NCBI RefSeq assembly: GCF_025021925.1
Contig: NZ_CP092368.1
Location: 360,001 to 392,000 of the forward strand
Direction: 5' to 3'
Length of the DNA stretch: 32,000 bases
From: Candidatus Saccharimonadota bacterium
GTDB lineage: Bacteria > Pseudomonadota > Alphaproteobacteria > Rickettsiales > Anaplasmataceae
Shown: positions 10,905 through 21,144 of the stretch, piece by piece
How positions within the stretch are numbered: the first letter of the stretch is position 1
Layout of the letters: each line of letters opens with the position of its first letter
Position numbers and translations under genes: made by a program
The notes under the pieces: generated by a model
Database searches by the model: none
Told to the model about the DNA's origin: nothing
What the model saw: the letters and a program-made list of their open reading frames with translations, nothing else

Positions 10905-12047
10905 TTATAACTTTTCAATGATCATAACTTTAAAAATAGTACCCATATTTTCAGTCAATCTTAAAAACGCACTCAATAATTTTTGTTTTTGTTGATGATG
11001 TGATTTATTGTTCATTAAGATGTGTAATCTTTCCTTAATACCAAATAAATATAAAAATTCTCTTTGAGTGAAAAAATGACATTCTAAGAATTCTAAAGAA
11101 TCTTTGAGTGCTTGAAAATTGACAAATGATGTAATATCACTGGAGCCAACATTTTCAAGAAAATTATTATACTGATGTTGTTTTATTGATTGTATGGTAT
11201 TCTTATAAGATGAATAGATATAACCATAATCTATAATAATCGCAGCTCCCTTATAATCATATATTTTTTTTTCAAGTGCTCTGAGCATTTTAAATGCTAA
11301 CCAGCATATTTCTAATACTGCGCCGGTATACCAATTTGTAATATTACTCTCTACCTGTAGATTATGTACTTTATCATACCATTGATTTTCATTCATGAAA
11401 TTCCAAGAATATGATTGCATAGCATCATCTAAAAAATCAAACTGGCTATTTAAATATGCATCGATACAAGTATATTTTTTAGGATGTATATGTTGACGTG
11501 ATAGTGCCAAACTCTGATCTTTTTTTATTACTCTATTTTCATACCAATCTTCATTATAATATATAAATTGATCAATCGGTAGAGAATCAAAAAACTCATT
11601 TGCTAAGAAAATGGTAGGTTGTATGGGTAATTGATCTAAATTTTTATGCCAATGAATATTTAAATTTTGTAATGTTATTTGTTGTTTCTTCTGTAAGGTA
11701 GGACTGATTTCTACTAAGTGAATTGACATTGCATGAAAGAATCTGATATATTTTGTAGTGACTCTGACTATATCATAGATCAGGGTTCCATTACCTGGTC
11801 CTAGCTCTACTAGAGAAAATTGAGATGGTTTACCTAATTTTTCCCATGTTAGTACGATCCACACTGCAATTATTTCACCAAATAATTGACTGATATCAGG
11901 TGATGTAATAAAGTCTCCACTCTTTCCAATTGACAATTTATTCATATAATAACCATATTCTGTATGATATAAAGCATTATCCATAAAATTACTAATAGAG
12001 ATAGAACCACAATTGTTATCAATTAATTGATGTATATAAGAGATCAT
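10905..12047 (-). CDS. SAM-dependent methyltransferase, MidA/NDUFAF7 (DUF185) family
   Basis: Family signatures GDFITSPDISQLFGE and the SAM-binding ELGPGNGTL. Length 380 aa, typical of alphaproteobacterial MidA homologues. Confidence 0.8.
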   Translation of the reverse strand: MISYIHQLIDNNCGSISISNFMDNALYHTEYGYYMNKLSIGKSGDFITSPDISQLFGEIIAVWIVLTWEKLGKPSQFSLVELGPGNGTLIYDIVRVTTKYIRFFHAMSIHLVEISPTLQKKQQITLQNLNIHWHKNLDQLPIQPTIFLANEFFDSLPIDQFIYYNEDWYENRVIKKDQSLALSRQHIHPKKYTCIDAYLNSQFDFLDDAMQSYSWNFMNENQWYDKVHNLQVESNITNWYTGAVLEICWLAFKMLRALEKKIYDYKGAAIIIDYGYIYSSYKNTIQSIKQHQYNNFLENVGSSDITSFVNFQALKDSLEFLECHFFTQREFLYLFGIKERLHILMNNKSHHQQKQKLLSAFLRLTENMGTIFKVMIIEKL

Positions 12048-12188
12048 ATATATTTGTTGTATGCTTAATTATTCAACTTTAAAGATAGAAATCTGAATCT
12101 ATATATTAATAATATTAGTACATATGCCTAATAAAACATCAATATTGCTAGTGCATATCTCTATGAAAGGGCTTTTTTTAATCATTCA

Positions 12189-14831
12189 TTACTCTGCTGG
12201 AGTTATTAGATGTAAAGTACAAATGCTATTATAAATAGCAGTAACAATACTACTAGTAACATCACTATGACAGCTTGTTTGAGCAAATGCAGCATTCCCA
12301 TTGCATTTCTTACCGGTTGCTACTGACATTATTTTTTGTGCATTAGCATATGTGGTAAGATCTTGACTTATCTTGACAAAAAGATTAGTTTTATGATTTT
12401 CTTGTGCTGTAAAAATCATGACTGTATTATGCTTGTATTGTTGTATAGTGAATTCTCTAATAATAGAACATGGAATATCGATAAAATCATGTCTCATGAG
12501 ATATATTCCATTTATTTGGATGTTGCTGATATTTTCTAAAGTAATAAGCTTTTTATATAATAAATCTCTCTGAGAGATGGAGGTTTTTATTTCTCTATGT
12601 AAAACACTAATTCTACTTATGATCTCACTTACTGGCACTCTTAAAGCCTCTGCAACTTTTTTTAATTGATTTTCATTATTACGTATATAAGTCATTGATG
12701 CTTGGCCAGTTATGGCTTCAATTCTTCTCACTCCAAATCCTACAGAACTTTCTTTTATGATTTTAAATAAACCAATTTCACCAGTATATTTTACATGAGT
12801 ACCTGCGCATAATTCTCTTGAATCTCCTATATGTACTACTCTTACATTATCAGAATATTTTTCACCAAAGAGAGCTATAACATCTTCGTTTAATGCTTGC
12901 TGTATATGTTGTACTTTTGTGCTCACAGCAAGATTTGTACTTATTAAAGCATTCACCATATCTTCTATTACAAATAATTGTTTCTGTGTCATTTGATCAT
13001 GACATAAAAAGTCAAATCGTAACTTCTCTGGTATAATTAAAGAGCCTTTTTGTGTTACATGACAACCTAAAGTTTTTCTTAGTGCAAAATGTAATAGATG
13101 AGTAGCTGAATGATTTCTACTGAGATTGTTTCTTCTCTCTAAATCAATCTCAGCTTGTACTATATCATATTGATGAATGCTTCCTAATTTTACTATGCAT
13201 TTATGCAAGTAAAGAGAACCTATACTATTAGTATCTTCAACAAAAATAATATTTTTTTTCATCCTCTCTTGAGAGATCTCTGTATCCATATAGGGAAGTC
13301 GAGAGCTCATCATCATCCAACCTGAATCTCCTATTTGTCCTCCTGAAGCACAGTAAAATGGTGTTTTATTAAGAATGATTGTAATTCTTTCTCCCTCTTG
13401 TGCAGAGAGAACAATTTTATTGTGAGAAGAAATAATAGCTAGTACTTGTGCATCTTGTATTGCATATAATTGATAACCTACGAACTGTGTAGATTGCAGT
13501 GTTTCTATTAAATTAAGCCATAATTGATCAATAATGCACTCACCTGATCCTAACCATGAATTCCTAGCTCTCTCTTTTTGTTTTGTCATTGCATAATCAA
13601 AACCTTTTTGATCAAAGTGAATTTTTTTTTCTTTTAAAATGTCAAGTGTAATATCTAAAGGAAAACCATAAGTATCGTATAGTTTAAATGCTAATTCTCC
13701 TTGTAAAGTGTCATATGTATTGAGATTTTTAGTATACGAATCTAAGAGATTGATTCCTTGCATTAGAGTTTCTTTAAAATGCTCTTCCTCTAATTTTAGA
13801 GTTGTCTCTATGATACTTTTTGCTCTTATTAAATTAGGATATACATTTCCCATATAAGAAGAACTATGTTGATCTATTAATGATGGAAAAATACGATAAA
13901 GTAATGGATCATTATATCCAAGTTGATGAATATAACGTGCTGCTCTTCTAATTAATCTACGTAATACATATTTTCTTCCTTCATTGCCAGGAGTGATACC
14001 ATCCATAATAAGAAATGCAGATGCACGTACATGATCTGCGATAATTTTATGTGCTATTGTGTTATGTAGATTACCGCAATATTCTTGTGATTTATATATT
14101 AAATCTGAAAATATATCAGTATGATAGTTATCATATACATTTTGCATAACAGCAGATATTCTTTCAAGCCCCATTCCTGTATCAATGCATTTTTTTGGTA
14201 ATGGATATAAAGTACCTTTTAAATCTTTATAAAATTCCATAAATACTAGATTCCATATCTCTACGATATTGTGATTGCCTTGTATATCATGCTGTGGATA
14301 ATGATAAAAAATTTCAGAAGATGGACCACATGGTCCAGTTTTACCCATGCTCCAAAAATTATCATCTGTTACAATTCTAATAATTTTATTATGTGATAAA
14401 CCACTAACTTTATGCCAAATATTATATGTTTCATCATCAGTATGATAGACTGTGATAGATAAGCTATTTTTATCAATGGCAAGTTCCTTAGTAAGAAATG
14501 TCCATGCTAATTCTATTGCAGTTTCTTTGAAATAATTACCAAAGCTAAAATTGCCTAACATTTCAAAAAATGTATGATGTCTAGATGTATATCCAACATT
14601 TTCAAGATCATTATGTTTACCTCCTACTCTAAGACATCTTTGATGTGAAACAGCGCGTTGTATTGTAGAATTTTGACGACCAGTAAAAATATTTTTAAAT
14701 TGTACCATACCAGAATTTGTAAACATGAGCGTAGGATCATGTTCTGGAACTAAAGAAGAATCAGGAATATGTTCATGATTGTAATTGATAAAAAACTTGA
14801 TGAATTTATCTCTAATGTCATTAGCTTTCAT
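12189..14831 (-). CDS. alaS: Alanyl-tRNA synthetase
   Basis: [44 protein letters not shown], and editing-domain zinc motifs HSATHLL and CAGTHV. The track ORF extends to a TTG at 14906; the ATG at 14831 matches the family N-terminus. Confidence 0.95.
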   Translation of the reverse strand: MKANDIRDKFIKFFINYNHEHIPDSSLVPEHDPTLMFTNSGMVQFKNIFTGRQNSTIQRAVSHQRCLRVGGKHNDLENVGYTSRHHTFFEMLGNFSFGNYFKETAIELAWTFLTKELAIDKNSLSITVYHTDDETYNIWHKVSGLSHNKIIRIVTDDNFWSMGKTGPCGPSSEIFYHYPQHDIQGNHNIVEIWNLVFMEFYKDLKGTLYPLPKKCIDTGMGLERISAVMQNVYDNYHTDIFSDLIYKSQEYCGNLHNTIAHKIIADHVRASAFLIMDGITPGNEGRKYVLRRLIRRAARYIHQLGYNDPLLYRIFPSLIDQHSSSYMGNVYPNLIRAKSIIETTLKLEEEHFKETLMQGINLLDSYTKNLNTYDTLQGELAFKLYDTYGFPLDITLDILKEKKIHFDQKGFDYAMTKQKERARNSWLGSGECIIDQLWLNLIETLQSTQFVGYQLYAIQDAQVLAIISSHNKIVLSAQEGERITIILNKTPFYCASGGQIGDSGWMMMSSRLPYMDTEISQERMKKNIIFVEDTNSIGSLYLHKCIVKLGSIHQYDIVQAEIDLERRNNLSRNHSATHLLHFALRKTLGCHVTQKGSLIIPEKLRFDFLCHDQMTQKQLFVIEDMVNALISTNLAVSTKVQHIQQALNEDVIALFGEKYSDNVRVVHIGDSRELCAGTHVKYTGEIGLFKIIKESSVGFGVRRIEAITGQASMTYIRNNENQLKKVAEALRVPVSEIISRISVLHREIKTSISQRDLLYKKLITLENISNIQINGIYLMRHDFIDIPCSIIREFTIQQYKHNTVMIFTAQENHKTNLFVKISQDLTTYANAQKIMSVATGKKCNGNAAFAQTSCHSDVTSSIVTAIYNSICTLHLITPAE

Positions 14832-14899
14832 TATTATATTATTTTTAAAGTGTTTTGTATAATATAATATATCTGCATTCTCGTATACGTAATTCTTCA

Positions 14900-14915
14900 A
14901 TATCAATATTGATAT
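14900..14915. repeat. 16-bp perfect palindrome ATATCAATATTGATAT upstream of alaS
   Basis: Read directly: positions 14900-14907 pair perfectly with 14908-14915. It lies 69-84 bp upstream of the alaS ATG (14831). Function unknown. Confidence 0.5.
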
Positions 14916-14981
14916 AAATCATTTATTACATATGATATAATCATCATGATAAATATATTTCAATTGTATCTTTGTATTTGT

Positions 14982-16358
14982 TTAATTATTCATAGAATGA
15001 AAGAAATCAGCATTATTCTTTGTTAAAAGTAACTTATCCCGTAAGAACTCCATAGCATCAATAGACCCCATGGGGTGTAATATCCTACGCAATACCCATA
15101 TTTTATTTAGGATAGCCTTATCAATGAGTAGCTCTTCTTTTCTAGTACCAGATTTTGTAATATCAATAGCTGGGAATATTCTTTTATCTGATAACTTTCT
15201 ATCAAGAATAATCTCAGAATTACCAGTCCCTTTAAATTCTTCAAAAATCACTTCATCCATTTTTGAACCAGTATCTACAAGAGCAGTAGCAATGATAGTC
15301 AAAGAGCCTCCATTTTCTATATTACGAGCAGCTCCAAAAAAACGTTTTGGTCTTTGTAATGCATTTGAATCTACTCCACCAGTCAGCACTTTACCAGATG
15401 AAGGAATCACTGTATTATATGCTCTAGCAAGACGCGTAATAGAATCAAGTAAAATGACCACATCTTTTTTGTGTTCAACCATTCTCTTAGCTTTTTCTAT
15501 TACAATTTCTGCGAGTTGTATATGGCGATATGCAGGTTCATCAAACGTAGAACTAACAACCTCTCCTCTGACAGAACGCATCATATCTGTCATTTCCTCA
15601 GGTCTTTCATCTATTAATAATACTATCAGTATTATTTCAGGATGATTGACAGCTATAGAATGCGCCATCTGCTGTAACAATATTGTTTTACCTGTACGTG
15701 GTGGCGCTACTATTAATGCTCTTTGTCCTTTTCCAAGTGGTGCTACTATATCAATAGCACGCATATTTATATCTTTTTTACTGTCTAATGTGCTATTATT
15801 TTCAAGCGTCAAGCTCCCTTCTGGGTATAAAGGAAGTAAATTATCAAAATGAATATACTTTCTTAAATCATGTACTTCGGTAGCATTTATATTCTGTACT
15901 TTAATCAAAGTAAAATATCTTTCTTTATCTCCAGGTGGTCTTATTTCTCCACATACTATATCTCCTGTACGTAAATTAAACTTTTTGATTTGTCCATTGG
16001 ATACATATACATCATCGGTACTGGGAGCATAATTTGCATTTGATGAACGTAAAAAGCCAAATCCATCAGGTAATATTTCTAATACTCCACTACCTGTAGT
16101 GAGACCTCCCTCTTCGCTGATTTTTTTCATTAAGTGAAATATCATATCTTGCTTCAGCATTCTAATATTATGTTTACCATGAGTAGAGATCTGTTTTTCT
16201 TCAGCAAGTATTAGCAATTCTTCTGCTGTTTTGCCCTTTAAATAACTTAGATCTAATGTTCTTATATTTTCTACAGGGTCTTCATTCGAAATATGTTGTT
16301 GATTATGTTCAGACATTCTTCCTTTTTCTAAAATATCATCATGATGTATTATTGTCAT
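14982..16358 (-). CDS. rho: Transcription termination factor Rho
   Basis: N-terminal Rho_N ([18 protein letters not shown]), cold-shock-like RNA-binding domain (GFGFLR), Walker [16 protein letters not shown], and an ATPase core to the C-terminus. The ATG at 16358 is preceded by GGAG. An alternative ATG 14 codons downstream at 16316 cannot be excluded. Confidence 0.95.
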   Translation of the reverse strand: MTIIHHDDILEKGRMSEHNQQHISNEDPVENIRTLDLSYLKGKTAEELLILAEEKQISTHGKHNIRMLKQDMIFHLMKKISEEGGLTTGSGVLEILPDGFGFLRSSNANYAPSTDDVYVSNGQIKKFNLRTGDIVCGEIRPPGDKERYFTLIKVQNINATEVHDLRKYIHFDNLLPLYPEGSLTLENNSTLDSKKDINMRAIDIVAPLGKGQRALIVAPPRTGKTILLQQMAHSIAVNHPEIILIVLLIDERPEEMTDMMRSVRGEVVSSTFDEPAYRHIQLAEIVIEKAKRMVEHKKDVVILLDSITRLARAYNTVIPSSGKVLTGGVDSNALQRPKRFFGAARNIENGGSLTIIATALVDTGSKMDEVIFEEFKGTGNSEIILDRKLSDKRIFPAIDITKSGTRKEELLIDKAILNKIWVLRRILHPMGSIDAMEFLRDKLLLTKNNADFFHSMNN

Positions 16359-16794
16359 AGTGCTCCGAAAATTTTAATTGAAGTATACCATTAAGTATCT
16401 TTAGAGAAGAGTTTAAGATGTTACTATCATAAGCTTCCCTACTATTCCATGTTATGCAATAATACAGACTAGTAAGTCAAGTGATTTAATTATTACAAAA
16501 ACATAAAAAGTCATTATTCTTATTAAGAATGATAGCTATAGAGATTCATAAGATTTATATTGATATGATTAAGATATAAATATTATGAATATAAATGCAT
16601 GGTATTTTGATAACTTGTATTGACTATATTTTATTAAGTGAGTAATAATATTTTAGATATACAATCTTCATGAAATGAAATATTAGTATTATCACTGATC
16701 TCTATAATGATAGTACATACTACCCCTATATTTTTATGACCATTTTAGTAATTTATTAATATAGTGATAACATTCAATACAAAGTAATATAATT

Positions 16795-16814
16795 AATTTT
16801 TAGATCTAAAAATT
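16795..16814. repeat. 20-bp perfect palindrome AATTTTTAGATCTAAAAATT in the rho/mrpD-like divergent spacer
   Basis: Read directly: 10-bp arms centred on AGATCT (16803-16806). It lies 115-134 bp upstream of the MrpD-like ATG at 16929. Function unknown. Confidence 0.5.
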
Positions 16815-16928
16815 TAATAGCAATATTAATTATACATATATGTTATGATAGTAAGATAAATTTATACAAAATATGGCAGTTTTATATGATATAAATATAA
16901 TTGAGAATATATTGATATAGAAAGATAG

Positions 16929-18449
16929 ATGACATCATGGCATTCTTTTGTAGTCTTAACTCTCTCATCTCTTTTTTCTGTTGGAGATTACTTACTGATT
17001 ACCCCTATTATTCCTATTGTAAGTGCATTACTTATCTTAGGAACTAGTAAATGCTCTTCTATGGGCAATAGAATCACTATATTATCATCTATACTAATGT
17101 TTATATATATATGTATTACTACGCTATTCTGGTTGAATAGTAATCATTCTCAATTTATATTGATGGATTTTGGTAGCAATCTGCATATAAGCTTTAAGTT
17201 AGAATTCATAGGAATCACATTTAGTTTATTAGTATCATTCTTATGGATATTAACCAGTATATATACTGTATCTTACATGCAATATAATTATCAGTATAAT
17301 GCGAATTTTCTATGTCTTTTTTTAATAGCAATCAGCTGTACAATATTAATTGCCTTTTCAGGTGATTTACTTACTACATTTATTTTTTATGAAATACTGA
17401 CTATTAGTACATATCCTTTAGTGACATATCACTTAACAAATGAATCAATTATTGCAGGGCGTTATTACTTAAGAATACTGTTTTTTGGATCTCTAGTATT
17501 CTTTTTACCTGCAATAGGATTAATTTATAATAAATATCATACCTTAGATTTTACAAGCAATAGCATTATAACATATGATCCTACAATCATAACTTTTGTA
17601 TCAGTATTATTTTTAATGTTAATATATGGAATAGGTAAAACTACAATAATGCCTATGCATCTTTGGTTATTAAAAGCAATGGTCGCTCCTATGCCTGTAA
17701 GTGCATTATTACATGCTGTGGCTGTTGTTAAATCTGGAATTATTATCATCATCAAGATTATTGTTTATATATTTGGTGTATATAATATGAAATGCTTTAT
17801 GCAGCACAATTGGTTTATTGGAGGATGGCTTTCATATTTTTCAGGTATTACTGTTATTATTGCCTCATTGATTGCACTCAAGCAAAGAGAACTAAAAAAA
17901 ATGCTCGCTTACTCTACTATCTCTCAATTATCATATATAATATTATTTGCATCAATTTTTGATGACAAGAATATAAAAATAGCAGTTTTTCAGTTAGTAT
18001 CTCACGCTTTTGCAAAGATAACTTTGTTTTTTGTAACAGGAAATATTTTTATCAATACGGGAGAAAAATATATAGATAAGATGCATGGGATAGGGCGCGC
18101 TATGCCAGTCAATATGATAGCATTTACTATAGGTGCATTATCTATGATAGGCATTCCTCCTGCACCAACTTTTTGGAGTAAATTTTTCATGCTACAATCT
18201 GTTTTTGACTCCAATAATATTATTCTATGTATATTTTTTGCTCTAGTAATGATCATAAGCACTATACTGAATAGTATGTATTTTTTGCCAATAATTTATA
18301 ATATGTTTTTCTGTAGTATATCTACACCATATGTACAACATAACAAGTTATCTATTTTTCTTGTAATACCTCCAGTTATTACTGCAATATGCACTTTAGT
18401 AATTTTTGTTAATTATCAATTAGTGTTTAATTCTATGTACATTATGTAA
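16929..18449 (+). CDS. Proton-conducting membrane transporter subunit, NuoL/M/N - MrpA/D family (Mrp antiporter subunit D-like)
   Basis: 506 aa polytopic membrane protein. It has the conserved TM5 Glu (FIFYEILTISTYPLV), the TM7 Lys/His motif (GIGKTTIMPMHLWLLKAMVAPMPVSALLHAVAVVKSG) and the later AYSTISQLSYI and HAFAKITLF motifs typical of this family. Confidence 0.8.
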   Translation: MTSWHSFVVLTLSSLFSVGDYLLITPIIPIVSALLILGTSKCSSMGNRITILSSILMFIYICITTLFWLNSNHSQFILMDFGSNLHISFKLEFIGITFSLLVSFLWILTSIYTVSYMQYNYQYNANFLCLFLIAISCTILIAFSGDLLTTFIFYEILTISTYPLVTYHLTNESIIAGRYYLRILFFGSLVFFLPAIGLIYNKYHTLDFTSNSIITYDPTIITFVSVLFLMLIYGIGKTTIMPMHLWLLKAMVAPMPVSALLHAVAVVKSGIIIIIKIIVYIFGVYNMKCFMQHNWFIGGWLSYFSGITVIIASLIALKQRELKKMLAYSTISQLSYIILFASIFDDKNIKIAVFQLVSHAFAKITLFFVTGNIFINTGEKYIDKMHGIGRAMPVNMIAFTIGALSMIGIPPAPTFWSKFFMLQSVFDSNNIILCIFFALVMIISTILNSMYFLPIIYNMFFCSISTPYVQHNKLSIFLVIPPVITAICTLVIFVNYQLVFNSMYIM

Positions 18450-18509
18450 TATACATAGATACTAAGTATACAATCTATTTGTAGAGAATATTTATTAAGT
18501 AAAGAATTA

Positions 18510-19448
18510 TTATGATGTCATAATATTTACTACATTTGCTAATACATGTTTTTTATCTAGATGATATCTTTGTGCTATGGTAAAGAGTCTCTCTATTTTC
18601 TTCCAGTGATGTAATAGTAGAACAGAATTTTGTGTACTGCTTTTAATATTGGATAAAATGTGTCGCTGTATTATATATGATGCTAATTCTAACTCAATAT
18701 CACTATTGATGATTTGTGTCATAATATCTGCATTATTAATATTGTGTAATAAGTGATAAAAATCTTTATATATTTCATAAGTATTATTATTAAGAATTTT
18801 TATGATAACACCTGGCATACCAGGAAAAATTGTGATCATTTGATTAAATATTTTATCATCAAAATTACAGTAAGATGATACAATGATTCTCGTTTCATTA
18901 TCAGTTAATGGCAATAAATTTAAATGAAAACATCTACAATGTATCGCAGTATATATATCACATATTTTATGACTAATAATAAAGATTTTAGAATATTGTG
19001 GAGGTTCTTCTAGTATTTTTAATATTGCATTTTTGGCATTCTCAGTCATTGCCTCTAGGCTATCTATAATTGCTATTTTATATTCTGATTGTATTGATCG
19101 AAAATATAAAAATTTTCTCATATTTCTGATTTTATCTACACCTATCGTAGTACCTTGAATGACGTGTAAATCTATTGCTATTTCAGCAGATATATGATTT
19201 AATAAACTTTCTTCTTTTTTATTATATTTTTGCATTATATTAATATCTGTGACTTCTTGATGCATAAAAAGTGCATTTTCAGATAATTGTGAAATAAATC
19301 TAGAATGTTTGATAAGAAACCAAGTAGAAAAAGCTTCCACAAGAGTTGCCTTTCCTATCCCTTTTTTACCACGTATTAACCACGACTGTAAAGATAGATG
19401 ATTAATTAATTTTTTTTTTGCGTGATGATGGCCTACAATTTTATGCAT
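18510..19448 (-). CDS. holB: DNA polymerase III delta-prime subunit
   Basis: AAA+ clamp-loader fold with P-loop-like GKKGIGKATL, the ILKILEEPP box, and IFIISH (sensor-1 region). The ATG at 19448 (MHKIVGHHHAKKKL) fits the family N-terminus. The track ORF starts at an upstream ATG at 19475. Confidence 0.78.
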   Translation of the reverse strand: MHKIVGHHHAKKKLINHLSLQSWLIRGKKGIGKATLVEAFSTWFLIKHSRFISQLSENALFMHQEVTDINIMQKYNKKEESLLNHISAEIAIDLHVIQGTTIGVDKIRNMRKFLYFRSIQSEYKIAIIDSLEAMTENAKNAILKILEEPPQYSKIFIISHKICDIYTAIHCRCFHLNLLPLTDNETRIIVSSYCNFDDKIFNQMITIFPGMPGVIIKILNNNTYEIYKDFYHLLHNINNADIMTQIINSDIELELASYIIQRHILSNIKSSTQNSVLLLHHWKKIERLFTIAQRYHLDKKHVLANVVNIMTS

Positions 19449-20046
19449 CTTTATACCTTGAGTATAAGTGCGCATCTCTTATATCTTGTAAGGAAATAGC
19501 ACCTTGCCTGACAATCTTAATTTCTGATCCTGTTAAATCAATAATAGTAGAATCTATACCAGAGACTAATCTATCATCTTCAATCACTATAGAAAGATAT
19601 TGTTTAATACATTTGGGAATAGTATTGGCTGTATATACACTTGCTGTGCCTGACATATTGATACTAGTTGCTACTATTGGAGAGTTAATATGTTGCAATA
19701 TGAGACGTGCCACAGGATGATTAGGAATTCTGATGCCTATATTGTCTTGAAAAAACTCTTTTGAGAATAATTGATTGTTTTTTAGAGGTACGATATAAGT
19801 GACTGGACCTGGAGAAAAATAATTTATATAATGCATATATTCTTCTTTTATATTTGCTATTTTTTGTAAATGATGAATGTCGTGCACAAATATGGATAAT
19901 TTTTTGTCGCGAACCCGATTTTTAATTTGATATATTTTTGCTATAGCTGTGTTGCTATATGCATGACATGAGAGTGCATATACTGTCTCTGTTGGGAAAC
20001 AGACTAATAAATCATTATGTAATGACTGTACTATTTGAGATATCAT
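19441..20046 (-). CDS. tsaC: L-threonylcarbamoyladenylate synthase (TsaC/YrdC/Sua5 family)
   Basis: YrdC-domain motifs FPTETVYALSCHA, IYQIKNRVRDKKLSIFV, GIRIPNHPVA, SPIVATSINMSGT and STIIDLT. Length is 201 aa. Confidence 0.85.
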   Translation of the reverse strand: MISQIVQSLHNDLLVCFPTETVYALSCHAYSNTAIAKIYQIKNRVRDKKLSIFVHDIHHLQKIANIKEEYMHYINYFSPGPVTYIVPLKNNQLFSKEFFQDNIGIRIPNHPVARLILQHINSPIVATSINMSGTASVYTANTIPKCIKQYLSIVIEDDRLVSGIDSTIIDLTGSEIKIVRQGAISLQDIRDAHLYSRYKDA

Positions 20047-20176
20047 ATATTGAAATATTCCATATCATACTAAATAATAATTGACGTTATATTATAAAAA
20101 TTTTGAAATTTCTATATAAATTAAGATTATTTAATTTTATTTTTATGCAATTGATCACTGTTCATGTCCTGAATAT

Positions 20177-21091
20177 ATGCAAGATAATATAATAGTGATT
20201 ACAGGTATCACAGCCTCCGGTAAATCAGAATTATGTAATCAATTAATACATAGATACAATAATCTTATGATAATAAATTGTGATTCAAAACAGATATATA
20301 AAGATATTCCTATAATTACTGATCAACCCCATGTCCAAGAAAAATCCTATAAACTATATGGATATGTTAACTCACAAGAACAATATTCTGTAGGATTATG
20401 GCTAGAAGATGCAAAAAAAGAAATTCTAAATGCATTACATCAATCTTATATTCCTATCATCACTGGAGGAAGTGGATTATATGTTAAAAGTTTAATTCAA
20501 GGAATTTCATTAATACCTCAAATCAATTTGAGTACGAGACAAGAGGTTCAGAAATTACTCAAAGATTTAAGTGCTGAATCATTTTATCAGTTAGTACTAA
20601 ATCAGGATCCTAGGATTCAAGATAAAATATTCATGAATGATGTTGTGCGTCTTGCAAGAGCACTTGAAGTGATGCTTGATACTGGAAAATCCATTTTTGA
20701 ATGGCACAATCATATCTTTCCTCCCTTATCTTATAATTTTAAAGTATATACTATACTCCCTAAACGCAAATATATATATGAAAAAATCAATATGCGTGTT
20801 CTGACTATGATTGAGAATGGTGCAATTGATGAAGTAAAAAATCTTCTTGATATGAATTTAGATCCATATATGCCAGTGATGAGAGCGCATGGAGTTCCGG
20901 AAATTATACAATTCTTAAATAAGAATATGTCTTTAGAACAAGCAATAGAAGTGATGCAACGGAATATCAGACAGTATGCAAAGAGACAATATACATGGTG
21001 TATTAATCAGTTTCCAAATGCTCAAATAATTGAATGTGTAGATCATCTAATAGAGAAAATATTTTCTCACACTATTAAATTCTTCAAGTAA
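20177..21091 (+). CDS. miaA: tRNA dimethylallyltransferase
   Basis: P-loop ITGITASGKSEL, DSKQIYKDIPIITDQP, and PIITGGSGLYVKSL. The C-terminal part ends in AKRQYTW. Confidence 0.92.
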   Translation: MQDNIIVITGITASGKSELCNQLIHRYNNLMIINCDSKQIYKDIPIITDQPHVQEKSYKLYGYVNSQEQYSVGLWLEDAKKEILNALHQSYIPIITGGSGLYVKSLIQGISLIPQINLSTRQEVQKLLKDLSAESFYQLVLNQDPRIQDKIFMNDVVRLARALEVMLDTGKSIFEWHNHIFPPLSYNFKVYTILPKRKYIYEKINMRVLTMIENGAIDEVKNLLDMNLDPYMPVMRAHGVPEIIQFLNKNMSLEQAIEVMQRNIRQYAKRQYTWCINQFPNAQIIECVDHLIEKIFSHTIKFFK

Positions 21092-21144
21092 GAGTACCAA
21101 GTAATGATAACAGCATGAGCTTAAATTGAATGTGACTATTTGTC

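Noticed and set aside
12336-12539. 67-aa plus-strand ORF inside alaS
   Set aside because: It is an antisense shadow ORF.
14832-14906. 25-codon N-terminal extension of alaS in the ORF track. Similar extensions occur on petB (27816-27881), lepA (22547-22552), rmuC (1013-1018) and pyrF (3122-3157).
   Set aside because: These extensions begin at TTG codons and add residues not seen in the family N-termini. The first in-frame ATG gives the canonical N-terminus in each case.
15070-15852. Plus-strand ORFs of 191 aa and 68 aa, contiguous in one frame, lying antisense to rho
   Set aside because: They lie entirely inside the strongly supported rho CDS. The Ser/Ile/Leu-rich, motif-free translation is typical of a shadow frame opposite a conserved gene.
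17537-18262. Minus-strand ORFs of 72 aa and 86 aa inside the MrpD-like gene
   Set aside because: These are antisense shadow ORFs opposite a conserved membrane protein.
19418-19720. 100-aa plus-strand ORF across the tsaC/holB junction
   Set aside because: It is antisense to two motif-supported genes and has no recognisable motif.
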